Translations under genes and position numbers: made by a program
Shown here: positions 26,201 through 39,600 of the stretch, in pieces
Numbering within the stretch: the stretch's first letter is position 1
Layout of the letters: every line of letters starts with the position of its first letter
From: Octopus bimaculoides
Taxonomy: Eukaryota
Direction: 5' to 3'
DNA: 64,000 nucleotides
Assembly: GCF_001194135.2 (NCBI RefSeq)
Contig: NC_068989.1
Span: 17,009,830-17,073,829 of the forward strand
The notes under the pieces: model-generated
The model's input: only the letters and a program-made list of their open reading frames with translations
Told to the model about the DNA's origin: nothing
Databases searched by the model: none

Positions 26201-27417
26201 TCTTTTGCCAATTAAACACACACACTATTTATTTGATCTTCACTTTAACTTTAGTATTATTATTTTTAACTTATATGTCTGTCAAAGGTCTTTTGTCACA
26301 CATTCTGTGATCTCTTAAGCAACTCCTAAGGATGAAATTGAATAGACAGAGTAAGAGGGGACACATGGCACAGAGAGTCATTGAAGATGTTGCAGAATAT
26401 GACAAAAGAAATTTAACAGGCAAATAAACTGAAAATAATAATAATACAAGCTCCAATCTGATCTGGCAGAGTTTCTACAGCTGGATGCCCTTCCTAACGC
26501 CAACCACTCCAAGAGTGTAGTGGATGCTTTTACATGCCACCAGCACGAGGGCCAGTCTGGTGGTACTGGCACCATTTGCGCATGGCTGTTGCCAGTACCA
26601 CCAGACTGGCCCTCGTGCTGGTGGCACATAAAAGCACCTACTACACTCTTGGAGTGGTTGGTATTAGGAAGGGCATCCAGCTGTAGAAACTCTGCCAGAT
26701 CAGATTGGAGCCTGGTGCGGCTATCTGGTTCGCCAGTCCCTGTCAAATTGTCCAACCCATGCTAGCATGGAAAGCGGACGTTAAACGATGATGATGATGA
26801 TGAAATAGAAGATAAAAAAATATGGGAAAAGATTATCATCCTTAGATATAACAATATCTGTTTCAATCTTGCAAAGCAAATACATAAAACATTAAAAAAA
26901 ACACATTTTTAATACTTTCTCTTTCAATTCTTTTTGTTGATCTTTAGTATTCTTGCTGAAATTTTCAATCTCACTAATTATGTGGAGGATCTCCAAGAAG
27001 AGATTCTGCTTCACCTGTATGTATATACTGTGCAATATGCAAGGGATAAAGAATTCTCAACTAAACAGTTGTCTGCTTATTTTTCAATTGTGAAAAATGT
27101 TCATGAATTCTGTGTGGGTAAGTATTTTATTTTATTTTATCTCTTTATGTCTTTTAGTCATTTTGGTTTTGATGCTGTTATCAACTATTTCTAGACAGAG
27201 ATTCTATTGGATATTAATATATAACAAAGTTGGTCAATTATAGTTAACGATAGGCGTAGGAATGGCTGTGTGGTAAGTAGCGTGCTTACCAACCACATGG
27301 TCCCGGGTTCAGTCCCACTGCGTGGCATCTTGGGCAAGTGTCTTCTACTATAGCCTCGGGCCGACCAAGGCGTTGTGAGTGGATTTGGTAGACAGAAACT
27401 GAAAGAAGCCCATCGTA

Positions 27418-27498
<81 letters not shown>

Positions 27499-30400
27499 TT
27501 GTGTGTCTGTGTTTGTCCCCCCCAACATCGCTTGACAACCGATGCTGGTGTGTTTATGTCCCCGTAACTTAGCAGTTCGGCAAAAGAGACCGATAGAATA
27601 AGTACTAGGCTTCTAAAGAATAAGTCCTGGGTTCGATTTGCTCGACTAAAGGCGGTGCTCCAGCATGGCCACAGTCAAAAGACTGAAACAAGTAAAAGAG
27701 TAAAGAGATAGTTTTTGTATCAAAGTCATGTTAGGGATGCCACATACATAGTTCCAGTACTAGAGAATATATTAGGGACCATCACACACAGTCTCAGTAC
27801 CACAAGTATATTAGGGGTCACCGGATCCAGTATTACAAATATGTTAGGGAGTAACACACACATGTGCATGTGTGTGCACATGCACACAACACATGCAGAG
27901 TCCCTACATTACAGATATGTTTCGGTTTTATCTGACACCATATTATATAATCCATAGTACATAATCTGGCAATTTTACTCTTCACTGTTTTCATGTATAA
28001 GCTCTAATATCATGTTGCTACCTTCTGAGTAGATGATCATCATAAATCAACTGCATAATAGCTTTGATAATTAGATATTTGCCTGAGGTATTTTCCTACA
28101 TAGACTACACAGTTATTGAACTCACAATTTGTCAATATGTCTAGGCAATCTCATTATTTTTTATTTATTTATGTGCCATTTCAAAGTCTAGCCAGGTTCA
28201 TGAGCCCAGATTCCCGGTTTCTATGGTGTATGTGTTCCCCACTAGCTGGACAGGACGCCAGTCCATTGCAGTGTTACTCAAGAAACAAGAAGAAAGAGTG
28301 AGAGAAAGTTGGAGCGAAGGAGTGCAACAGGGGTCGCCACCACGCCCTGTCAGAGCCTCGTGGAGCTTAGGTGTTTTCACTCAATAAACACTCACAATGC
28401 CCAGTCTGGGAATTGAAACCATGATCCTCTGACTGTGAGTCTGCTGCCCTAACCACTGGGCCATTGTGCAATCTCATTAGTTTAGAATATTATGTATAGA
28501 CTGTAGGGCAGTATCAAAATCAGTTGCCTGCAGCAGTATTAGTTAACATAACAATAGGATGCTTATTTGTACAGTATTGGACTATGTGTACACAATACAG
28601 GACACTATATCAACATAGTACAGAATACTGTATGTCCCATATTAGATGGCTTATAACCCACACTTAAAGAAATTGTTTCAGAGAGTCAACTTGCAATCTA
28701 TAAACATTAGGTCATGGTTTGGATTTCTGGTAAGTGGTGGTTCAGGTGCTGCATTTCTCCTTAAAATGAACTGCAAACATCTTTTTACAAAACTGTTTCC
28801 TAGAATTGTTACTAGTTTTTTTTTTACAAGGTAACAACGTGTAGCAATAGCATATCGTGTGAATGACATCTGTCAGATGGAAAATTATGCCACAATGCTT
28901 GACCATGTATATTAACATAGTAATCAGTTGTATACTAAACACCATGTCTTATGTTTGTTATACTGTGTTGCTGTGGAGGCGCAATGGCCCAGTGGTTAGG
29001 GCAGCGGACTCGCAGTCATAGGGTCGCTGTTTCGATTCCCAGACCGGTCGTTGTGAGTGTTTATTGAGTGAAAACACCTAAAGCTCCACGAGACTCGGAC
29101 AGGGGATGGTGGCGAACCCTGCTGTACTCTTCCACCACAACTTTCTCTCACTCTTACTTCCTGTTTCTGTTGTGCCTGTAATTCAAAGGGTCAGCCTTGT
29201 CACACTGTGTCACACTGAATATCCCCGAGAACTACGTTAAGGGCACACGTGTCTGTGGAGTGCTCAGCCACTTGTACGTTAATTTCACGAGCAGGCTGTT
29301 CCGTTGATTGGATCAAGTGGAACCCTCGACGTTGTAAGCAACGGAGTGCCAACAACAACTGTGTTGCATTAGTTTGAAACCAACAACTATTGAGGTTAAG
29401 TACCTTAATAAAAATTAAATTTTCAGTGTGATGGACTCTCCGGTCAAAGACAACGCATGAGTGTTCAGTGTTTACTGAACAACCTGCACAAATGATTTGC
29501 TTATAGTGATTAAATGTATTTGATTTGCTGTACATAAGCTCATTCCCTCTATCAAATACCCATTGCCTGTACAGGTACATAAGTGTGTCACATGTCAGGT
29601 GTTGAAATGATTGCAGAGCAATGTGAAATGAAGTGTTTTAGTTTAAGGGCAGAATGCACCACTCAGTCCAGGAATTGAAACTGTGATCTAGCAATTGTGA
29701 TTGCAACACCCAAACCATTAGGCTATGCACCTTCAGTATAATGTTTATTTAATTGATACAAACAATCAGTTTTTGGTTGAATAGTCATTCTAATTTGATG
29801 ATATAAGACACATAATCTAGTATAATATGATATAATGTAATGTTATATAATGTTGGTTAACAATTTAAAATGGTGATATTGATATAAAATTAAAGTAACT
29901 TTATATTTAAAATTTTACTTTTACTTGTAATTAGAGTACTTTTGAGACAAAAATTCCAGCTATCAATAAATGAAAGATAACTATCATTAAATAAATGTTT
30001 TCATGAAATCAATCTAGATTAATGATTGTTTCAGAATTTAATTGACTTACACATATTGGTATATTTCAATAAAAAATATATTAGCAAAGGTGTTAAGCAT
30101 TTTTTTTCTTTTGAAATAGGATTTCCTAATGATGTGAGTTTTAAAATAAGTTGATTGTGGGGAATGGTTACAAATGTCAGGTGAAAACAGGATTTTAAAA
30201 TTTCTTCAAAGGTGAGATCAGCCTATCTGGTCTAGGTCTAATTTAGAAAAAAAAACAACCCCCAACACTTAATATTTATATTTTAAGTCAAACAATACAA
30301 TTTTTCTAACCACGTTTATTTGGTCGACATAAAACAAAACTGCCAACATTTAACATTTAAACTAAGTATAATTTCACTAATAACATTTAGTGAAACACAT

Positions 30401-33400
30401 CCAGCATGTAAAGTCTAATCTAAACAATACAATTTAACCAAAAATGCTTATTTTATATAATTTAAACTAGAACAACCAATTATTAAATTTTGAGTTAAAC
30501 AATACAATGTCATTTACTATTTAATTTCATAGCAACAAATCATTTTAATATGTTAAGACATTGCACTTCATCCAAAATCTATTTTATCCTTTTCAGAAAA
30601 CACCTTTGTTAGAATTGATAAAACGTTTGACTATTTTGAGGAAGTCCTCATCCGTCATTGTTTCCTGGTAAGTTAAGCTCTCACTAATATATGTCATACT
30701 ATAACATTACCTCTAATACAAATCATACAGTCTATGACACTTCTCAATTATGTCACTTTGTCTACGACACTCTTCATGACATAAATACTTCTAACACACT
30801 CTTTAACATATGTTACATTATTTTTTAAGTTAAACTTCTTCTAATGTCTGTTATATTGTCTATGATACACTCTCTACTATATGTCACAGTGTCTGGTTAG
30901 TTACACTCTCCATACTGTATGCCACACTGCCGATATCAGTTGCACATTGTTTATGACATGCCCCCAGTATATGTCACAGTATACGTGGAAAATAATATAT
31001 TTTGCATTATCTGTGACTTCTCTTATACAAGGCCCACTCTCTATGAAATTTCCTCTAGTACATGTCATGCTGTGTATGTCACAGTGTATATATGTTACAC
31101 TCCCTCAAATACAAATCATACTGTTCATGATACCTCTTGTAATATATCTCATTCTGTCTTTGACACTAATTCATCCTAATGTATGTTACAGTTCTGTGTA
31201 TATTACATTCCCGTCAGTATTTGTCACAGTGTGTACTTTGATGTAGTTGTGTGTGATTAAAATCAAAATGATAAAATATCATTAGAAAACAGCAAAAAAG
31301 TGAACATTAAAAATAGCTGTTAAAACTTGTTGCTGGTTTAAAACCTGTTGTTTAACCATTAAATCTAAGTGCTTTCAGGTTTATAACCCTTCATCAGGCT
31401 TATCCTTGTTCTGCTCGGTACTTTGTGACTGGATATATAGCATTATGAGTCTTTACTCTTCTGGGATATTAATTATGTAGTTCCACATTTCCATTGTCAG
31501 TTAAAGTTTAGACAGTATCACGTGACAACTTGCTGGGGCTGCCTACTGGACCCTAGCAGCAGGAAATTTAGACAGTGTCATGTGACAACTTGCTGGGGCA
31601 GCCCACTGGGGCAGCCTACTGGAGCCTAGCAGCAGGTATTTAAAGGGAAATTTGACAAGACAGTCAGTCGGACGCTGACACTCATTGATGCTGCATCAAA
31701 GAGGCCAGGGAATAGAAGAAAGAAGACATGCACACAACACCAGAGCTGAAGACACCTCCGAAAGGGGGGGGGGCCCGCCACGTCAATATGGGAGAGGAGT
31801 AGGGGCCGAAACCGGATGTGGTTTCTCCTGATGATGTCTTGAGCTAACTGGATCCTATAAAGGAGCTGTTGTGGTAGCAGACCACGAAACATGGTTGAAA
31901 TTCCTGCTGTTCAAGGCAGTGTTCTGCTTTTTAATGAAATGTGACTCTGCAAAGTTTACAGCACTTGTGAGTTTGCCTAACTGTTGTGTGTCTTAGGTTT
32001 TTGGAATAAGAACATTGTATTCTTGCATATGGTAAGAGGTGACTAAATGAGGTGGGCATCAGGAAAGGCATCTGGTGTTAAAACTGTTTCAAAAAGTCCT
32101 GTCCAACCAATGTCAATGTGGAAGTGTGATCAGAAGTGAACTATAGGTGCAGGAGTGGCTGTGTGGTAAGCGGCTTGCTTACCAACCACATGGTTCCAGG
32201 TTCAGTCCCACTGAGTGGCACCTTGGGCAAGTGTCTTCTACTATAGCCTTGGGTCGACCAAAGCCTTGTGAGTGGATTTGGTAGACGGAAACTGAAAGAA
32301 GCCCGTCATATATATATGTGTGTGTGTGTGTGTGTATATGATTGTGTGTCTGTGTTTGTCTCCCCAACATCGTTTGACAACCGATGCTGGTGTGTTTATG
32401 TCCCCGTAACTTAGCGGTTTGGCAAAAGAGACTGATAGAATAAGTACTAGGCTTACAAAGAATAAGTCCTGGAGTCAATTTTCTCAACTAAAGGTGGTGC
32501 TACAGCAAATGACTGAAACAAGTAAAAGAATAAAAGAATAAAATGATGATAGTGATGATGATGATGTGTCCAATTAACACCTGCATTTGTATATGTTTTT
32601 ACTATGTTACTCTGTACTAACTTCTATAATGTTTATATATTCTGATATGTAATTGCTGCTTTGCTGATCTATTTTATGTATGTCTCTATATATTGGAATA
32701 TTAAATAATAATTGACTTTTTCTTTTAACATATTAATTAGATATTGCCCGGATTATTCATTCTCTGATTTGATTAAAAATCAACTAAAATGGCATGTTTC
32801 TTGTGTTTTGTCCTGATTTGATGACAAGTGTTGTATCTGAGTCAAACTGTGCTTTGTTATTCTGTCAGGAAAATTAGTCTTCATTAGACAAGTTAAATCA
32901 ATTGATCTTCCATTTGTTCACTTAATATCGTTGGCTGAAATAATCCTAGTTTTCTTTGTATCCCTCTTCATTTTCTTTCTACAATTATCTTTGCTATTTG
33001 TGTTTTTCTTGAGATGAACACACATTTCACAAAACATGGCTTGTAGTCTTTGGCAGACAAAATCTCTCTAAAGATTTTCGATACTGATCTTGCTTGAGTG
33101 ATTGTGTCAACTCTGTTCAGACAGTAGACAAGTTCTTTCATCCTTACATGGTATTTCAGACTTTGTGAACATTTAGAATTTGATACCCCTCTTGCAGAAC
33201 TAAAGATTGGTTTACTCTGACCTGGTGAAGTCGAATAGGCTGTTGCATAAATTTGAAGATGTTGTTGAAAGGATTAAATGTCTTGTGAACTTTCATAATC
33301 ACATCTCAATACTTGGTCATCAAAAATGTGCTGCCTATGTTTTTTCAGTGCAGTGTGAGGAACCATCTGTTGTTGCAATGCTGCATGTTCCATATTATTC

Positions 33401-34298
33401 AGTGCTAGGTATCTAAGATCTCATTGAATTTGTATCCAATTGGAAGACTACTGGATTGTTAGCAGATGTAAAGAACATATTAGCAGCGCAGAACTCCAAA
33501 ATGGAGATGTGGCTTGTTGAGGGAAGTCTATTGCAAGTGTGTGTTCTCTTTCTAGCTGTGGCTGGACAATTTTATATCTTCTGTTGGTGATATTCTAGTT
33601 TACATGGAATTAATGCCTCTTGTGTGGAGGCACAACGGCCCAGTGGTTAGGGCAGCGGACTCGCAGTCAAAGGATCGCGGTTTCGATTCCCAGACGGGTG
33701 TTGTGTGTGTTTATTGAGCGAAAACACCTAAAGCTCAGCGAGGCTGCAGCAGGGGATGGTGGCGAACCCTGCTGTACTCTTTCACCACAACTTTCTCTCA
33801 CTCTTTCTTCCTGCTTCTGTTGTACCTGTATTTCAAAGGGTCAGCCTTGTCACACTGTGTCACGCCGAATATCCCCGAGAACTACGTTAAGGGTACACGT
33901 GTCTGTGGAGTGCTCAGCCACTTGCACGTTAATTTCACGAGCAGGCTGTTCTGTTGATCGGATCAACTGGAACCCTTGACGTCATAAGCGATGGAGTGAC
34001 ACTCTAATGCCTCTTGTGGAGAACAATCAGTTGTCAACACTTTCCAGAGGTACTGTTATGATTTTAAAGAGAGTTTTGAGTAGCCATGTAAGGAACCACT
34101 CTGATTTTCAGCGTGAGGATTTGTAGCATGTGATGATCAGGTGTATTTTGAGTCATCCTACATAAGGAGGGATTTTTTTTTTGTGGTGGGGAAGAAGGAG
34201 GGGTTATACGCTATAAAATCTTAAGATGGATGAAGAATATACCTGGAAGCTTTTTGATTATTCTGGTTCCTCACAATGTTGGTAAGTGTATGTATGTG

Positions 34299-34336
<38 letters not shown>

Positions 34337-34358
34337 CATTCACATACATTTATATAAG

Positions 34359-34398
<40 letters not shown>

Positions 34399-34691
34399 TA
34401 TACATATATATATTTCGTTTTTGCATTTGGCTTGCAAGATTCTTTATGTGAATTTGTGTTGAGGCATATTTCACAAAACAACTATTGAAGAGGTTGCAAG
34501 AAGCAATGAAAAGTTTAGCCAAAATAAATATAGATGAGTGAATGGAAATCGAACTGGTGAGTGTGTTAATTAATAAGGCATTAAAACAGAATGACTCTTC
34601 CCAGACACAATAACAAATATATATATATATATGTATATACACACGCACACACGCACACACANNNNNNNNNNNNNNNNNNNNNNNNNNNNNN

Positions 34692-34766
<75 letters not shown>

Positions 34767-36546
34767 ATGTTTTTATTCTTTCATAATTGGTTAATGGGTT
34801 CCTTGGTTAACTGGTTGTTGGGTTGCTTATATATCAACTATGCAGCTTTCAGGATGTTTTAGCAAAATTAGCCCTTACCTGACATTGCTATCATATAAGA
34901 AAAGGTATCGACTTCTCATCCATGATGTTATGTCCACGGCATATTAAAGGCCATTATCAAGATGGTGATCCTATATTCTGGTACCTGTAAAATATTATGA
35001 ATATTGGTCCTTTATGGAACACTGTAAATTCCTTTTCAATGAGTGTTCCAATTATGTCCATAACTTCTTGGATGTATTTTATAATGATGGTTATCAAATA
35101 CCATTTTGTTGCTTGTATTTGCATTATTATTTCCATTTGTGCAAGTTGCATTGTGTATAGTGTATGACCTATAGGAAAGTGTTTGAACTTGTCGGATCTT
35201 ATCTGGTGGTTGCTTGCTACTTAGCTATCAGAGTATATTAGATGTAGATTAGCTGGGTGTTGGAAAATAGGTAATTTGGCAATTTTTCTGCTGATGTATA
35301 TGTTTTACTATTTGTGAGTGTCCTCTAATATATCATTTACACATAATATATAAATCACATTTAACACTTTCTTTCTGAGACATATCACAGTCATTGGATA
35401 AATTGATTGGATTACATAACCATTGGTACACCCTATCTGTATAACAAACAGGATGACTGCAATCTCATCCCATTTGAGCACAAACTGGATCAGGTTTTAC
35501 TAAAGAGCAATAACTGACTGCTGCTTATTTATTGGTTTGTATTTCTAGCGTCCGCCATATAACATGGAACTGTTTTCAATATCAGAAGCAAGAAAGATAG
35601 CCTATCACCTGGTTGACACATATTTTAGACACTTTAAACTCTACAAGTATGCATTCACTCCTCAGGTAAGTCTATCCCATTACCTCTAAAAGCTGTTCTC
35701 TTCTAAATCACTCTTATTTGTTCCCTACTATGGCAAGATATAGTGGAGGCACAATGGCCCAGTGGTTAGGGCAGCGGACTCGCGGTCATAGGATCGCAGT
35801 TTCAATTCCCACACCGGGCGTTGTGAGTGTTTATTGAGTGAAAACACCTAAAGCTCCACGAGGCTCCGGCAGGGGATGGTGGTGAACCCTGCTGTACTCT
35901 TCCACCTCAACTTTCTCTCACTCTTACTTCCTGTTTCTGTTGTGCCTGTAATTCAAAGGGTCAGCCTTGTCACACTGTGTCACGCTGAATATCCCCGAGA
36001 ACTATGTTAAGGGTACACGTGTCTGTGGAGTGCTCAGCCACTTGTACGTTAATTTCATGAGCAGGCTGTTCCGTTGATCGGATCAACTGGAACCCTTGAC
36101 ATCGTAAGCGACGGCGTGCCAACGACGATGGCAAGATATGAAGAGATATGTCTATTTGGCCTACTATATACTTCAGGCTAGAGATTCTAATTTTATCTTG
36201 GAAGTGAATCGAATGTGCAGTATCAATAAGCTGCAACTCCAGCTAAAACATGTATCTACTACTCTTGTGTTCACTTCTGGGGTGATATTGTTTTGTCTAG
36301 CTCTGAAATAATTGGGCCGTTTTTTTTTTTTTTAACACTATACATCTTTAAAAGGATTTTCCTGGACAATAAATTTCAGCTCATAGCATTTAAGCAACAC
36401 ATGTCCCTTAAGTATATGGTATTTGCAATATTTACACTATGAAGCTGTTACTATTACATAACACACACACACACACACACACGTGTGCGCATGCACCCAC
36501 ACAGTACACACATGCTCGTGTGCACACTCACTCACTCACACACACA

Positions 36547-36638
<92 letters not shown>

Positions 36639-39600
36639 AACACACACACACACACACGCATACGCGCACACACACAGACACACACAGAGAGGGTATTTGA
36701 GCTAAATTTGATGACTTATGTCTCTTTGTTTCAGGAATAGCTTGAGATATTGGTAACTAGTCAATGGTGTTGGAGAGCATAAAGATTAAAATTGTAGTTG
36801 AGAAAAAGTTACCTGACATGGAGGCCTGGAATCCATCTGAATATTGGAAAATGTGTCATGATAATTTGCGCAGGATACCATGACTGCTGTTCAATGTTCT
36901 GTGAACACTGTAAAGGTTGTAAGATGTGACATGGACAGCTGCAACAGAGACTACAAAGCTATGGTCAGCAAGAAGGGACAAAGCTGATGTTCTTACTTTG
37001 TCTATGTGTTGGAACTCATCTAATAACTGATGAACAGTGCCTTAGGCTCAATTCAGATGGCTATGCAAAGCTGCTAGAGACTGTGGTCAGACCCTGGTTG
37101 GAGGGGGTTGCTCCTGGAAGGCATACCTATAGAAGCAGGATTCACCACCTTGCCATAACTCTGGAAAGAGTCAGAAGTGGTTGTCAGAGAATTTCTATAA
37201 CCTCTTCTGCCCTAATTTCTGGCCTCCTAATTCCTCCATATAATCCATCATATGGATTATGATACCCTTGATTACTATGTGTGGGGTACAGTTGAGAAAG
37301 ATATCAACCACTGTGACTGCAACAGCAAGGCTCAGATCAAGGACATGTTTCGAAGACCTTCTCAGAGACACAGTGAGGAATGCATGTGCAAGATTCCAGA
37401 TCTGTCTTGAGGCTGTGATGGAAGCAGAGGGCAGTTATTTTGAGTAAACTGTTATCTCCCAGCCATAATCTATCCGATATCTTTTGATTTTTTAGAATAC
37501 TTCTATATTTGGATGGGATATTGTGTTTTGCTTTCCTTCTATGCAAACTGTCAAATTTAGCCTGTACACCCTGTGTGAGCATATATATATATATATATAT
37601 ATGTGTATATATATGCAGATATCTATATTTATGATTTATGTGTATGTTTCCATAGCACAGATGTTAATTTATGAATATTTTATTGATCACTTTATCAATA
37701 TTAGGTGATGCTGGATTTAGTTTTGAGCTATGTTGGAGAGTCTGATTCTGCTGTAACCCAAGGTAAATGGCAATTGCTTATGTTTTCTCTGTAGTGATAT
37801 GTGATGCCTGATTCTACAAATTTATACATCAATAGCAATTATACCTTTATAATGCTTTGTAGTTAACTATGAAATGTTGATATGCATAAATAGTATTTCT
37901 CAGACTGAAGCCTCAGAACTCACCTCAGCTCAAGATATAGTGGTTTATGTCATTTTATAAACACTATTTATTTAGTTTTTGTTGATGTAAACTATCATTG
38001 GTTTCCTCTATGAAATGATAAGCCTTCATGAAATATATCAGAGTTGTGTATTTAAGAATGATCAATGTGTTGGTTCCTCCTTTATGGCTTAATCAGTGGA
38101 AGGATGGCACAAATGACCAGCTGTAGAGCCTCTAAGACTGGTAGGAAGTGTAAGAAGAAATAATAACTCATGGTTTGCTATACTAGTATGCCTTAACTCA
38201 GCAACGCAACTCTTGTAAATCTAGTTAACTGGAGAGCAAAAGATATCATTTTGTATACCATAACTCTAAAGTATTCTCACCTTTCAAACTGCAGTCAATT
38301 ATTTTGGTCCTTGCTAAAGGATTCTTCTCCAACTTTGTGGAGTTCTCTTTCCTTCCTCTTCTAAACAATGATGTCTTTGCAATCAGTACTATTATGGAGA
38401 AAGTCTCCACTTTTATGCTTGCTTTCCATCTAACTCCACACTAAATGCCTTAGCCATTCTTCTCCAGACCTACTATACCTCCAGATGCTTGAAGCAAACA
38501 AGGCCACTTACCCGGACAACTTATCTTTCATTTACACTTAAGTGTCGCAGCCCAAAACTTGCCTCTTATAGTCCCCAAACTCTACAATACAATCTCTCAC
38601 TCTGTACGAAGATATACTCTGACATTTGAAGCACAACTCAGCGTGTCCCATTTTAAAGAAAAGCAACCCCTTTGATCCAGCCGACTGTCATCCTATTATT
38701 TCTATCTCTAACATCTCTTAGGCAACAGAGACTGCCATTAATTTCGATGTTCTCCAACACATTGAATATCTTTCTATCCTCAGTGACCGCCAGTTTAGTT
38801 CCCACAGACCCAGACTTAATGGTGACCCACTTTCTTATGTCACATATCAGTGATTTCTCGGTTTAAAGAAGTTTAGAAAAAGCAATGCTGTCGTCCTAGA
38901 CATCAGTAATGCAAACACTCATAAATAAGTAAAACTAAATCGAGGTGTAGTTTAAATAATATTTTGTTTGTAAGGTGTTTACTTATAGTAAATAGTTGTG
39001 AATCAGATGTAAAATGGTTATCTTTCTGAAACATTGTTTTGGAAAATTCTTCAAGACCTGTGCCCAGCGACGCCTTTCTGGCACTTGTGCCCGCGGCATG
39101 TGTAAGGACTTTCGGGTGAGATTGTTGCCAGTGCCCCTGGACTGGCTCTTGTGCAGGTGGCACATAAAATACACCATTTTGAGCATGGCCGTTGCCAGTA
39201 CCGCCTGACTGGCCTTCGTGCCGGTGGCATGTAAAAGCACCGACTACACTCTCGGAGTGGTTGGCGTTAGGAAGGGCATCCAGCTGTAGAAACTCTGCCA
39301 AATCAGACTGGAGCCTGGTGTAGCCATCTGGTTTTACCAGTCCTCAGTCAAACCGTCCAACCCATGCTAGCATGGAAAGCGGACGTTAAACGACGACGAT
39401 GATGATGATGATGATACCTTCTCTTTTTCATTTTTAAAATTTCAAATTTAAGCCACAGGTGTTTCATTGGAGGAAGGTAAATCTGAAATTCAAGGTTCCG
39501 AAGAAGAAATTTTAAGCCCTGAAAAACAATTGGAATTGTTAAGGAATTCTGAAAAAGGTTTGTTAGCTAACACTTTAAATAGATAGAGATAATTTTCCAT

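Noticed and set aside
28972-29045. tRNA-like sequences with A/B boxes
   Set aside because: They are heads of multi-copy SINEs with tails and TSDs, not tRNA genes.
31507-31636. Spaced repeats as a CRISPR-like array
   Set aside because: It is only a two-unit tandem duplication in eukaryotic DNA, with no unique spacers or cas genes.
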